64,000 bases of DNA from Alphaproteobacteria bacterium (GCA_965249135.1 OZ252220.1:768001-832000); one strand, 5' to 3'. Shown: positions 20,395 through 30,897, counted from the first letter of the stretch. A program made the numbers and translations. The notes: generated from the letters alone by a model not told the origin.

Positions 20395-21111
20395 GTGACT
20401 GCACCCTCCCGACCGCGCCTTGAGGGGCGCATTGCACTGATTACAGGTGCCTCGCGCGGGATCGGGGCAGCCGTCGCCAAGCACTTTGCGCGCGAGGGCG
20501 CCCATGTCATCCTGGTGGCACGCACGACCAGCGACCTTGAAGCGATCGACGATTCCGTTCAGGCGGACGGCGGCACGGCAACGCTCGTGCCCCTTGACCT
20601 CACCGAGTTTGCGGCGATCGACCAGATGGGCGCGGCGATCGCCGAGCGCTTCGGCCGGCTCGACGTTCTGGTTGGAAACGCGGCGATCCTCGGCACCCTT
20701 TCGCCGATCGGGCACACCGATCCGGAAACCTGGGAACGGACCTTCGCCGTCAACGTCACCGCAAATTGGCACCTCATCCGCGCCTTCGACCCAATACTTC
20801 GTGCCTCCGATTCGGGGCGCGCGATCTTCGTGACATCTGGCGTCGGAAGCCGGGCCATCCCCTATTACGGCGCCTACGCGGCCAGCAAGGCGGCCTTGAA
20901 TAGGATGGTTGAGACCTACGCCGCCGAAGTGACGAAGACAAAGCTCAAGGTCAATCTCATCGATCCAGGCGTCGTGCGAACGGCCATGCGGGCCCAGGCC
21001 TTTCCGGGCGAGGACCCGGCCGGCTTGCCACCGCCAGAATCCGTGACGGAGGCGTTTGTCCGGCTGGCCGTAAGCCGCGTGCGTTCCCACGGCAAGATCG
21101 TCCACGCCTAG
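20395..21111 (+). CDS. short-chain dehydrogenase/reductase (YciK-like)
   Basis: TGASRGIG, YAASKAAL, DPGVVRTAMR; usual position after purF. Confidence 0.88.
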   Translation: MTAPSRPRLEGRIALITGASRGIGAAVAKHFAREGAHVILVARTTSDLEAIDDSVQADGGTATLVPLDLTEFAAIDQMGAAIAERFGRLDVLVGNAAILGTLSPIGHTDPETWERTFAVNVTANWHLIRAFDPILRASDSGRAIFVTSGVGSRAIPYYGAYAASKAALNRMVETYAAEVTKTKLKVNLIDPGVVRTAMRAQAFPGEDPAGLPPPESVTEAFVRLAVSRVRSHGKIVHA

Positions 21112-22445
21112 ACGTAAGGGTTTTCTCCCTTGCGCAAGCGAAAGCGGATCGGCGTTCCCTGAAGCGCGAAGGTTTCCCGGAGACTATTCACAAGATAGCG
21201 AACGTAGCTGTCCGGCAATTTATCGGGCCGCGAGACGAACAAGGCAAAGGTCGGCGGACGCGCCTTGACTTGGGTGAGGTAACGCAGCTTAAGCGGTTTT
21301 CCCCTTACGGCGGGCGGCGGGTGGCGATCGACGACGTCAGCCAGCCACCGGTTCAGCTTGGCCGTCGGCAGGCGCCGGTTCCACGTTTCATAGGCCTCCA
21401 AGACCGCCGGCATGAGGTGTTCGACATTCTCTCCGGTCTTGGCGGAAAGGGGGACGCAGACAAGCCCGCGAACCTGGGGGAGCGAGCGTTCCAGTCGTTC
21501 GTTGAGCCTGGCAAGGGCGGCGTCGGGCGCCTTGACGCGGTCCCATTTATTGGCCGCGATGACCAGCGCGCGGCCTTCCTCGATCGCCTGGTTGGCAATG
21601 GTAAGATCCTGCTTTTCAAGCATCTTTTCGGCATCGAGGACAAGCAGGACGACCTGGGTGCGGCGGATCGCCTTACCTGTCGCCTCGATGGAAAGCTGCT
21701 CGAGCTTCTCCTCGATTCGCGTCCGACGGCGAAAGCCGGCCGTATCGACCAGGAAGAACGTTCTTCCCGCATATTCCCAGCTGACGGCAATCGCATCGCG
21801 CGTAATGCCGGCCTCCGGCCCGGTCAACAAGCGCTCCTCGCCGATCAGGCGATTGGCAAGGGTCGACTTGCCGACGTTTGGGCGCCCGACGATCGCCAGC
21901 GCAAGGCCATCTTGCGGTCCGCCCTCCAAAGCCGGCGTTTCCGCTTCTTCTTGCTCCAGAAAGGGGGCGAGGTGATCGTAAAGTTCAGCCATGCCTTCGT
22001 TGTGTTCGGCGGAAATCGCGACCGGCTCGCCGAAACCGAGCCCGAAGGCGGCGTAGTAGCCTTCTTCACCGGACCCAATTTCGCATTTGTTGGCGACCAG
22101 CAGGACCGGCGTGTTCTGCTTGCGAAGCCACTTTGCGAATTGTTCGTCGAGCGCCGTGATCCCCGCTCGCACGTCCATCAAGAAAAGGGCGATGTCCGCC
22201 TGCGCAAGCACGCGCTCCGTTTGGGCGCGCATCTTCGTTTCCAGCGTTTCGCGCGCCTCTTCCTCGAAGCCCGCCGTATCGATCACGCGAAAGACGAGGC
22301 CGCCGAGCGCTGCCTTGCCCTCGTGCCAGTCGCGCGTAACTCCCGGTGTGTCATGGGTCAGTGCCGCGCGCTCCTGGATCAAGCGGTTGAACAGCGTCGA
22401 TTTGCCGACGTTTGGCCGGCCAACGATGGCGACCGTCTTCATCAT
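21108..22445 (-). CDS. der: ribosome biogenesis GTPase Der (EngA)
   Basis: two GRPNVGKST P-loops, DTAG, NKxD/E, C-terminal KH-like domain. Confidence 0.97.
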   Translation of the reverse strand: MMKTVAIVGRPNVGKSTLFNRLIQERAALTHDTPGVTRDWHEGKAALGGLVFRVIDTAGFEEEARETLETKMRAQTERVLAQADIALFLMDVRAGITALDEQFAKWLRKQNTPVLLVANKCEIGSGEEGYYAAFGLGFGEPVAISAEHNEGMAELYDHLAPFLEQEEAETPALEGGPQDGLALAIVGRPNVGKSTLANRLIGEERLLTGPEAGITRDAIAVSWEYAGRTFFLVDTAGFRRRTRIEEKLEQLSIEATGKAIRRTQVVLLVLDAEKMLEKQDLTIANQAIEEGRALVIAANKWDRVKAPDAALARLNERLERSLPQVRGLVCVPLSAKTGENVEHLMPAVLEAYETWNRRLPTAKLNRWLADVVDRHPPPAVRGKPLKLRYLTQVKARPPTFALFVSRPDKLPDSYVRYLVNSLRETFALQGTPIRFRLRKGENPYV

Positions 22446-22461
22446 GGCCTTTTCCAAAAAC

Positions 22462-23778
22462 CTAGCGGAGTGCGACGAGATCGGCGTCGGTCGTCAGAAA
22501 ATAGATCACGCCCTGTGCGACGACCGGCGTAACCGTCATGCCATCGTCAAACGTCATCCGGCCCATGACCTGCCCCTCATACGGGGAGACGGCCAGCACG
22601 ACGCCGTGCGAGCCGGCGATCAGCAGACGGTTGCTCGCCAGCACCGGCCCATTCCAAACGATGGGCTCTTTTTTCTCTTCCGGATCGAGATATTTGGGCA
22701 GCTCCAGAACCCAGATAACCTCCCCCTTCTCCCGGGACAGGCAAACGATTTCGCTGTTCGTCGTCAGGAGGTAGAGGTAGTTCCCGGCAACCCATGGCGT
22801 TTGAATGCCACCGATTTCTTTCTCCCATACACGCGTCCCCGCCTTCATATCCAGCGCGACGATGCGGCCGCTGTGGCTCACGGCGACGACGAGGTCGCGA
22901 TCGATGACGGGGTTTCCACGGATATCCGCGATCGAGGAAATCGTGTCGCTGCGCCGCGGAGACGCAAGCGAATAGGACCACATGATTCGCCCGTTGTTGG
23001 CGAGAATGGCGTAGATCTCTCCGGACGTATAGGGAACGATGACGATGTCGCCATCCACGGCCGGGCTTGCCCCACCGAGGATGCCGGCGCTTTCTTCAAA
23101 GCCTTTGTGGGTCCACAGCGTATCGCCGTTCCGCGCATCAAGGACGAAAAGCTGGTTGTCGATCGTCGTCACAAAAAGCCGTCCATCGCTCACGGTGGGG
23201 GCCGCGCGCATCGGCGAAGGGAGTGCGCGGCGCCAAACCGGCTCTCCGGTCTCCGCGTTCAGCGCGACGACCTGCGCGAAGCCGGTGCTGACGAAAAGAT
23301 GGCCATAGGCATAGGCGACCCCGCCACTGAAGGTGACGTCGTCCTCGTCTTCCGGCGTCAGATCCGTGCGCCACGACCGATCGCCGTTTTCGGTATCGTA
23401 GGCGGAGATTCGCCCATCCACATCTGCGACATACACGCGCGCGCCGACGACGACCGGCTGCGAAATTAGTCGGCTCTTGCTATCCGATCCGCTGCCAATA
23501 TCCGAGGACCAGATTTCTTCTGGCGCCTCGCCGATCACCAAGTGGTGCATGGCGTGATTCGGATAGCCACCCGCTTGCGGCCAGGCGGGGTTCATCTGTG
23601 GCCGCGGCAGCCGAATGACGGTTTCCTCAACATCCGGCTTCAATTTCTGATCAAGCAGCATGATCGGAATGCGTTCGCCGGGAATCTTTACCTCTTCCAC
23701 TTTGAACAGACCTTCGCACCCGGCAAGCCCGATCGCGGCCATCAGGAAAAAAGGGAATTTACGCATGCCCTGCCTCAC
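22462..23778 (-). CDS. bamB: BamB-like PQQ beta-propeller lipoprotein
   Basis: LAGC lipobox, repeated G...W propeller motifs, yfgM-bamB-der synteny. Confidence 0.85.
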   Translation of the reverse strand: MRQGMRKFPFFLMAAIGLAGCEGLFKVEEVKIPGERIPIMLLDQKLKPDVEETVIRLPRPQMNPAWPQAGGYPNHAMHHLVIGEAPEEIWSSDIGSGSDSKSRLISQPVVVGARVYVADVDGRISAYDTENGDRSWRTDLTPEDEDDVTFSGGVAYAYGHLFVSTGFAQVVALNAETGEPVWRRALPSPMRAAPTVSDGRLFVTTIDNQLFVLDARNGDTLWTHKGFEESAGILGGASPAVDGDIVIVPYTSGEIYAILANNGRIMWSYSLASPRRSDTISSIADIRGNPVIDRDLVVAVSHSGRIVALDMKAGTRVWEKEIGGIQTPWVAGNYLYLLTTNSEIVCLSREKGEVIWVLELPKYLDPEEKKEPIVWNGPVLASNRLLIAGSHGVVLAVSPYEGQVMGRMTFDDGMTVTPVVAQGVIYFLTTDADLVALR

Positions 23779-24428
23779 GATTCCTCACCAAGGGCGGTCG
23801 ACATTTCCTCGGCACGTTGCCGCAACATCTCCGGCGCGTCCGGATCCGCTGCGAGTCCTGTATAAATCTCCCGTGCCTTGGCCCGTTCGCCGGATCGAAT
23901 CGCGACCAGGGCGGTGATCTCAAGGGCCGAATGCCGCCAGGGGCTTCCCGCTGCCGTCAATGGCTCGAGCTCGGAAAGCAGCGTGTCCGGATCCTCCCGG
24001 TCGATCCGCCGATACGCGCCCAAAATACGAGCGAGGTTGCGAAGCGTCACCGGCGCGCCGCCGTCCTCTGTAATTTCGCGGTAGATCTGAATGGCGCCCT
24101 CCGTATCGCCCTTCGCAGACACGAGAGCCGCTTCGTGGAAGCGGGCGAGCGAGGCATAGCCCTCGCTCCCTTCCTTCGCGATCATGGCAAACGCTGCCCG
24201 CGCGGTATCCTCGTTTCCCTGCCCTAAAAGTTCGGTCGCGGTGTGGTACTGGACCCCGGTCGCCAGGGTCTGTTGTCGGCTGTATTCCTCCCAGCCCCCC
24301 TTCGCGGCAACGATGATCACCACCGCGAGTGCACCACCAATTGCGAAGCGGCCATACTTCCGCCACAAGGCGAGAAGTCGATCGCGTCGTAACTCCTCGT
24401 CGATTTCTCGGAAAACGTTGTCGTTCAC
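23775..24428 (-). CDS. YfgM-like TPR membrane-anchored protein
   Basis: FREIDEELRRD.L..LW..YG followed by TM and helical repeats. Confidence 0.85.
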   Translation of the reverse strand: MNDNVFREIDEELRRDRLLALWRKYGRFAIGGALAVVIIVAAKGGWEEYSRQQTLATGVQYHTATELLGQGNEDTARAAFAMIAKEGSEGYASLARFHEAALVSAKGDTEGAIQIYREITEDGGAPVTLRNLARILGAYRRIDREDPDTLLSELEPLTAAGSPWRHSALEITALVAIRSGERAKAREIYTGLAADPDAPEMLRQRAEEMSTALGEES

Positions 24429-24546
24429 GAACTACCTCTGTCCCGCAACCGGCGGGCTAAGATAAACCCCGGCAGGAGCGAAGGCAAACCCATGAAAGGC
24501 GCAGGATTCCGGGCCCATCGGGCTGGATCGGGGGTGCGGCTGGGGC

Positions 24547-25104
24547 TTACGCTTGCCTTCGCCATTTGATCGAACAGCCCATGCTGGCGACCTGCATGGA
24601 AGGCCCCTCCCCGGTCTTGGCGATGGCGATTATCGCTTCGAAGAGCTCGCGTCGCGCCCCTGGCACCTCTTCGCGACCGCCCTCATCGATGCGCCCCCGG
24701 TACTGAAGCTCAAACGCCTGATTGAAGCCAAAGAAGTCCGGCGTGCAGATGGCGTCGTAGGCGCGCGCCGTGGCTTGCGTCTCGTCGATCAGATAAGGAA
24801 AGGGGAAGGCATGGGCCTTCGCGAAAGCCTGCATGTTCTCAAACGAGTCCTCCGGATAGGCGATCGCATCGTTCGGCATGATGGCGACGGAGCCGACCCC
24901 GTGGTTCTCAAGCTCGCGTGCGTCACGAACGATGCGCGATATGGCCGCCTGCACATAGGGGCAGTGGTTGCAGATAAACATCACAAGGGTCGCCTTCGGC
25001 CCACGGATATCCGCCAGGCTGGTGATCGTGCCGTCGAGGTCTGGAAGGCGGAAATCGACCGCCTTCCAACCGAACGCGCAGACAGGAGTGTGCACGAGCG
25101 CCAT
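24547..25104 (-). CDS. thioredoxin-fold AhpC/TSA-family protein
   Basis: FICNHCPYV, YPEDSFENM, CTPDFF, YRGRID, SMGCSIKW. Confidence 0.9.
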   Translation of the reverse strand: MALVHTPVCAFGWKAVDFRLPDLDGTITSLADIRGPKATLVMFICNHCPYVQAAISRIVRDARELENHGVGSVAIMPNDAIAYPEDSFENMQAFAKAHAFPFPYLIDETQATARAYDAICTPDFFGFNQAFELQYRGRIDEGGREEVPGARRELFEAIIAIAKTGEGPSMQVASMGCSIKWRRQA

Positions 25105-25145
25105 GCCGGCCGACTCCTAAACGGACCCGATCGAAACGAAGAATA

Positions 25146-25295
25146 TCAGGAAGAACTGCCCTTCGTCGCTTCCGGCCGCTCCGTCGCGGATGGCGCCTCG
25201 CCATCCCGGTCCGGCCCCTGCTTCAGATGCGCGATCACCGCCCGCCGATAGGCAGGATCGTCGATGGCACGTTCGAAGTCGATTTTGTCGTCCAT
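25146..25295 (-). CDS. small hypothetical protein (49 aa), below the ORF-track length cutoff
   Basis: manual translation MDDKIDFERAIDDPAYRRAVIAHLKQGPDRDGEAPSATERPEATKGSSS; GC3-rich codons, GGAAGG upstream, co-oriented with the next gene. Confidence 0.55.
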   Translation of the reverse strand: MDDKIDFERAIDDPAYRRAVIAHLKQGPDRDGEAPSATERPEATKGSSS

Positions 25296-25440
25296 TCCAA
25301 GGCTCGCCTTCCGTCTTCGTATTCATTCCATCTTAGTAGTTAGAAATGAAGGCCGTTTTGGGCGGAAGGCGCAATTTCTTGGGGAAAAAATTGGGGATAT
25401 CCCGCTTTTTCCTGGGGAAAAGATGGGGATAACTTGAGAC

Positions 25441-25472
25441 GAAAGGCGGCAGCCGGTTTCCCGGCTGCCGCC
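25441..25472 (-). terminator. intrinsic terminator downstream of the 77-aa gene
   Basis: 12-bp stem GGCGGCAGCCGG / CCGGCTGCCGCC with 4-nt loop, followed by TTTC on the minus strand. Confidence 0.75.
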
Positions 25473-25497
25473 AATCGCCGATAAAAAGGCACGAGTC

Positions 25498-25731
25498 CTA
25501 GTCGCGGGACTTGTTATAGAGATAAAGAATGATCCCCAAGGCGATCAATCCAACGAGACCATTATCCCCCAATGCACGGATCAGGGTGATCAGGTTGCCG
25601 ACAATATCGCCGGTAAGGAAGGTCGCATTCTCTCCAAATAGGATCTGAATGACGATCCCAAGAGCGATTAGGCCAAGCCCGACCTCGGTGATCTGGCCGA
25701 CCCATTTTGTCACACTTCGAAGTGCATCCAT
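25498..25731 (-). CDS. small hydrophobic membrane protein (77 aa), function unknown
   Basis: GAGGGG RBS, two hydrophobic segments each with LIALGI, own terminator. Confidence 0.82.
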   Translation of the reverse strand: MDALRSVTKWVGQITEVGLGLIALGIVIQILFGENATFLTGDIVGNLITLIRALGDNGLVGLIALGIILYLYNKSRD

Positions 25732-26173
25732 TAGTTATACCCCCTCAACGATGCAACTTAATCCAATGGCTAGATATCCAACGATTGGATCGAAACGTAT
25801 ACAATATCTATACGCTTCAACCCACTAAGCTGCCACATCTTACAAAATAAGAAAATAATCATTACTTGCCGGGGGTATCTGGCCAACTGTTTGAAGAAGC
25901 TTGGAAAATAGAGATAGTTGCGGCCGCCTTCCCCGCTTGGCCCCGCCGGAACGACTCCTTCGCCGGCTCTCCGGATGGGGTCGACCCCACCCCCCTCGGC
26001 CGTGCGCGGGAAGGATCTTCGGAGAGAATTCAATCCTTTGTTAACGGTGATCTGAAACCATGTGAAAGCCGAGGCGCTCTGAGGGGTAGGGGTTTGCAAC
26101 CGAGCGAGGGCTTCGTGCTAGAATAGTTAACCAAATGCGCCGAAAGAGCGCGTGAATCCGGGAAAAATGTCCT

Positions 26174-27388
26174 ATGGACTACAATCGCTATTTTGCGGAA
26201 GCCATCGCCGGCCTGAAGGCGGAAGGCCGCTATCGCGTCTTCGCCGACCTCGAGCGGACGCAGGGCTCCTTTCCGCGGGCTTTCAAGCATCTCGAGGGCG
26301 GCAAGATGAAGGAGGTCACCGTCTGGTGCAGCAACGACTATCTCGGCATGGGCCAACACTCCCAGGTGCGCGAGGCGATGGCCGAAGCCCTGGCGACCCA
26401 TGGCGCCGGCGCCGGGGGCACGCGAAATATCTCGGGCACCCTCCACCACCACGTGCTGCTTGAGCACGAGCTGGCCGACCTCCACGGAAAGGAAGCCGCC
26501 CTTCTCTTCACCTCCGGCTACATCTCGAACGAGGCGGCGCTCAGCACGATCGCCAGGCTGCTTCCCGACTGCATCATCTTCTCCGATGATCTCAACCATG
26601 CCTCCATGATTCAGGGCATTCGCCACAGTGGCGCGCCCCGGAAGATTTTCCGCCATAACGACGTGGCCCATCTCGAGGAACTCCTGCGCGAGATGGAGCC
26701 GGCCAGGCCGAAGCTGATCGCCTTTGAATCGATCTATTCGATGGACGCAGACGTGGCACCGGTCAGGGCAATCTGTGACCTTGCCGAAACCTACGGCGCG
26801 ATGACCTATCTCGACGAGGTCCACGCCGTCGGCATGTACGGGCCACGCGGTGGCGGCATCGCGGAGCGCGAAGGCGTCATGGACCGGATCACGATCGTCG
26901 AAGGGACCCTGGCGAAGGCCTTCGGCGTAATGGGCGGTTACATTGCGGGTTCCGCCCCGCTCGTCGATGCGGTTCGCAGTTTCGCGCCCGGCTTCATCTT
27001 TACGACGGCGCTGCCGCCGGTGGTCGCCGCCGGCGCCTTGGCAAGCGTGCGCCACCTCAAGGTGAGCGATTCGGAGCGCAGGCAGCATCAAGAGCGTGCC
27101 GCGACCTGCAAACGGTTACTCGCGGAAGCAGGCCTTCCCGTCATGCCGTCCGAAAGCCACATCGTCCCGCTGATCGTCGGCAACGCACGGCTTTGCAAGC
27201 AGGCAAGCGACATCCTGCTCGAGGAACACGGCGTCTATATCCAGCCGATCAATTACCCGACCGTGCCGAAGGGGACGGAACGGCTGCGTATCACGCCGTC
27301 GCCCTTACACACGGATGCGATGATGGCGCACTTGGTCGCGTCCTTGCTCGATGTCTGGAATCGTCTGGAATTGCAGCTCGCCGCTTGA
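26174..27388 (+). CDS. hemA: 5-aminolevulinate synthase
   Basis: [53 protein letters not shown]. Confidence 0.97.
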   Translation: MDYNRYFAEAIAGLKAEGRYRVFADLERTQGSFPRAFKHLEGGKMKEVTVWCSNDYLGMGQHSQVREAMAEALATHGAGAGGTRNISGTLHHHVLLEHELADLHGKEAALLFTSGYISNEAALSTIARLLPDCIIFSDDLNHASMIQGIRHSGAPRKIFRHNDVAHLEELLREMEPARPKLIAFESIYSMDADVAPVRAICDLAETYGAMTYLDEVHAVGMYGPRGGGIAEREGVMDRITIVEGTLAKAFGVMGGYIAGSAPLVDAVRSFAPGFIFTTALPPVVAAGALASVRHLKVSDSERRQHQERAATCKRLLAEAGLPVMPSESHIVPLIVGNARLCKQASDILLEEHGVYIQPINYPTVPKGTERLRITPSPLHTDAMMAHLVASLLDVWNRLELQLAA

Positions 27389-27405
27389 GTTAAGGCGGCC
27401 ATCCT

Positions 27406-28371
27406 TCAGTTTCGGCCCTCCGGCAGACCGAGCAGGATCTGCACCCACCGGCTCGGTCCCCGCCTCGGCGGCGGGTAGTACGGCCGGTATTCCATGACGC
27501 CTTCCGGATCCTCGTGAATGAGGATTTCGGCCTCCGGATACGCCTCGGCAATTTTCTTTTCCACCTCGTCCGCGATCTTATGGGCGTGGCGCAACGTCAT
27601 CTTGCCATCCAGCTCGAGGTGAAGCTGGATGAAGACGGTCGTCCCGGATTTCCTGGTGCGAAGGTCGTGGAGATCCTCCACCTCCGGATGAAAACGGACG
27701 AGTTCGCGGATTCGCTCGCGATCCTCTTCGGCAAGCTCGCGGTCCATGAGCGGATCGAGCGAAATAAAGGCGATCTTGCCGGCCGTTCGCAAAAGGTAAA
27801 GCGCGATCGCCGCCCCGAAGATCGGGTCCACCATTTGCCAGCCGAAACTCGAAGAAAGCACCAGCGCCAGGATCACGCTGCCATTGATCAGCACGTCGCC
27901 CTTGTAGTGAAGGGCATCGGCGCGGATGGCGATGGAGCCGGTCTTGCGTACGACGGTGCGTTGAAAATAAACAAGGCCAATCGTGACGACGGTGGCAAAC
28001 ACCATGACGGCGATGCCGACTTCCCCGTACAGAATGGCCTTCGGATGCACCAGCCGATGGCCGGCCTCGATCAGCAAGAACACGGCCGAGCCGGCGACGA
28101 AGGCGGCCTGGCCAAGCCCGGCCAGCGATTCCGCCTTGCCATGTCCGAAGCGGTGCTCGTAGTCGGCCGGCTGCAAGGCGTGCCGCACGGCGAGCAGGTT
28201 CACGAAGGAGGCCCCGAAATCGAGCAGCGAGTCGATGAGCGAAGAAAGCAGGCTGATCGAATCCGTAAGCCACCAGGCGGCCACCTTGACGAGGATAAGC
28301 AGGAGCGCCACGCCGATGGCCAGCGTCGTCGCAAGCCGCATGAGGTTTGCGTTCTCGTCAGAAATCACCAT
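27406..28371 (-). CDS. cation diffusion facilitator (FieF-like)
   Basis: DSLLD, HRFGHGKAE, ADALHYKGD, HDLRTR, IHEDP; start approximate. Confidence 0.9.
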   Translation of the reverse strand: MVISDENANLMRLATTLAIGVALLLILVKVAAWWLTDSISLLSSLIDSLLDFGASFVNLLAVRHALQPADYEHRFGHGKAESLAGLGQAAFVAGSAVFLLIEAGHRLVHPKAILYGEVGIAVMVFATVVTIGLVYFQRTVVRKTGSIAIRADALHYKGDVLINGSVILALVLSSSFGWQMVDPIFGAAIALYLLRTAGKIAFISLDPLMDRELAEEDRERIRELVRFHPEVEDLHDLRTRKSGTTVFIQLHLELDGKMTLRHAHKIADEVEKKIAEAYPEAEILIHEDPEGVMEYRPYYPPPRRGPSRWVQILLGLPEGRN

Positions 28372-28411
28372 CGATTTTTGGGGGGTTGTAGCCAAGGCTT
28401 TTTCCTGCGGG

Positions 28412-29002
28412 TCAGGGGTAGAGTCGTTCCACCCGCCATCCATCTCCATCCCGATCATACACCAACCGGTCGTGCAGACGGAACGCGGCCTGACCCCAAA
28501 ACTCGATCCGCTCCGGCAGGACGCGATAGCCCGACCAAAAAGGGGGACGCGGCACCGCGCCTACCCCGAACTTCAGCGTAAATTTGGCAACGCGTTTCTC
28601 AAGCTCGAACCGGCCTTCGAGAGGGCGTGATTGTGCCGATGCCCAGGCACCGATTTGGCTCAAGCGATCGCGGGTTGCGAAATAGGCATCCGCCTCTTCG
28701 TCACTTACCGGCTCGGTCGCGCCGGTGATTCGTACCTGGCGGTCGATTGACTTCCAGTAGAAGCAAAGGGCGGCACGGGGATTTTTTTGAAGTTCGTGGG
28801 CCTTGTCGCTCTCCAGATTCGTATAGAAGGTAAATCCGCGCGCATCCACCGCCTTCAGCAGTACCATCCGTGAAGCAGGCGTGCCATCGGCACCGACGGT
28901 GGCAAGCGCCATCGCATGTGGGTTCTTCGGCTCCGATGCGCAAGCCTCCCCGAACCACGCCTCGAAAAGGGCGATCGGGTCCCTCTCCGGGTTTTCAAAC
29001 AT
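28412..29002 (-). CDS. pdxH: pyridoxine/pyridoxamine 5'-phosphate oxidase
   Basis: [29 protein letters not shown]....RLHDR. Confidence 0.96.
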   Translation of the reverse strand: MFENPERDPIALFEAWFGEACASEPKNPHAMALATVGADGTPASRMVLLKAVDARGFTFYTNLESDKAHELQKNPRAALCFYWKSIDRQVRITGATEPVSDEEADAYFATRDRLSQIGAWASAQSRPLEGRFELEKRVAKFTLKFGVGAVPRPPFWSGYRVLPERIEFWGQAAFRLHDRLVYDRDGDGWRVERLYP

Positions 29003-29066
29003 GCTGCCGTTTCGAAGCCTCTTTCGGGTTACCCGCCGAGGTTAAAGTCCGATTCCCGGCTGCGCG

Positions 29067-29909
29067 TCAAGACATCTCCGGCGGGCCCTTGCGCCAATCC
29101 CCGATCGCCGCAGTCAGCACGCCGCCCGCCAGCACGGCAAACCACTACACGAACATCCAGACAAGAAAGATCGGGATGGCCGCAAGCGCGCCGTAAACTG
29201 CCTCATAGGTCGGGAACGTGGCCAAGTAGATTCCGAAACCCTTTTTCGCGCCCTCGAAAAGAAAAGCCGCAACGGCGCCGCCGATCAACGCATCTCGCCA
29301 ATTGACCTCGCAATTCGGGATGACAATATAAAGAAGTGCAATGGCGATGGTTCCCAAAAGGAACGGCAGGAACCGGAGAAAAGAACGAATGTTCTCCACA
29401 ACCTCGCTGCCAAACCATTCCGTCGCCGCAAAAAGATAGCCGGAGACGGAAAGGCCGGCGCCGATGAGAAGCGGGCCAAGCGTCATCACCGCCCAATAGG
29501 CAAGCAGGCGCGGAACCAGCTTCCTCGGCACGCTCACATGCCAGATCTGATTGAACGTCTTCTCGATCGTGGACAGCAATAGGATGGCGGTGGTGAAAAG
29601 AAACAGAAGGCCCACCGTCGTAAGTTCGCGGGCATTTTCCGCGAACGTCGCAAACTTGCTCTTGATCGCACCCTCCAAATGCGGCGCGAAGTTCTGAAAG
29701 AAGGGGGCATAAACCTCGTCCCTGGATTGATCGAGGCCGGGAAAAATGGCGAACGCCGAAAGACCGATCGCCATGAGTGGGACCATGGCAAGAAGCGAGG
29801 TGTAGCTGAGCGCCGCCGCCGCCTGCTCCAAACGGGTTTCCGAAAACCGATGGCGCAGAAAACGCAAGAAAGACCGGAGCCGTGCAAGGATCGCAAGCGG
29901 TGATTCCAT
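29067..29909 (-). pseudogene. YihY/BrkB inner membrane protein with in-frame TAG at 29145-29147
   Basis: AAALSYTSLLAMVP, IEKTFNQIW, YGALAAIPIFLVW; the frame continues after TAG as WFAVLAGGVLTAAIGDW..., matching the last YihY helix. Confidence 0.8.
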
Positions 29910-30075
29910 CGCATGAGCATAGGCCGCTTGCCTCGTCTGGAAAAGTCGTGAGCCTTCCTTGGCGCTGGCTTGGACCCCTTTCGGCTTTCGTGTAGGATAT
30001 CACTCGTTCCTGCGGGCTTTGCGAAATCCGTCCTGCGGTCGCATCTGAAGTCGAACAAGACGCCAAGAGAGAAAA

Positions 30076-30888
30076 ATGAGCAGCAAAACGCAAGTGATGG
30101 CCGGAAAGAAGGGGCTCATCATGGGCGTGGCCAACGACCGCTCCCTTGCCTGGGGCATCGCCAAGGCCGCCGGCGACGCAAGCGCGGAACTTGCGTTTAC
30201 CTATCAGGGCGAAGCTTTGGCGCGGCGCGTCGGACCGCTCGCCGAATCCCTGGGCTCCGATTTCGTCCTGCCGTGCGACGTCACGGACGATGCCAGCATC
30301 GATGCGGTGTTTGCGAACATCAAGGAGCGTTGGGGAAAAATGGATTTCCTCGTGCACGGAATCGCCTATTCGGACAAGGAACAACTAAAGGGTCGTTACC
30401 TGGATACGACCGAGGACAATTTTGCCATGACATTGGCGATTTCCTGTTACTCGTTCACTGCCGTCTGCCAACGCGCCGTCCCGTTGATGTCCGACGGTGG
30501 CAGCCTGCTGACCCTGACTTACACCGGTGCCGAGCGCGTCATACCGCATTACAACGTCATGGGAGTCGCCAAAGCGGCACTCGAGGCAAGCGTGCGCGCC
30601 CTGGCCGTCGATCTGGGGCCAGAGAACATCCGCGTCAATGCCATTTCGGCGGGGCCGATCAAGACGCTGGCCGCATCCGGCATCGGCGATTTCCGCTACA
30701 TTCTAAAGTGGAACCAATACAACTCGCCACTCCACCGCAACATAACGATCGAAGATGTCGGCGGCGCCGCCCTTTATCTGCTGAGCGACCTTTCCTCCGG
30801 CGTCACCGGGGAAATCCATCACGTCGATGGCGGCTACAACGTCGTCGGGATGAAGGCAGAAGACGCGCCGGATATCTCCGTCGTTTAG
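30076..30888 (+). CDS. fabI: enoyl-ACP reductase
   Basis: GVANDRSLAWGIA, YNVMGVAKAALE, ISAGPIKTLAA. Confidence 0.97.
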   Translation: MSSKTQVMAGKKGLIMGVANDRSLAWGIAKAAGDASAELAFTYQGEALARRVGPLAESLGSDFVLPCDVTDDASIDAVFANIKERWGKMDFLVHGIAYSDKEQLKGRYLDTTEDNFAMTLAISCYSFTAVCQRAVPLMSDGGSLLTLTYTGAERVIPHYNVMGVAKAALEASVRALAVDLGPENIRVNAISAGPIKTLAASGIGDFRYILKWNQYNSPLHRNITIEDVGGAALYLLSDLSSGVTGEIHHVDGGYNVVGMKAEDAPDISVV

Positions 30889-30897
30889 GATCGGATT

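Noticed and set aside
25330-25900. Chromosomal replication origin
   Set aside because: Only weak W-type boxes; no perfect DnaA box and no hemE/dnaA/parAB context; kept only as a regulatory candidate
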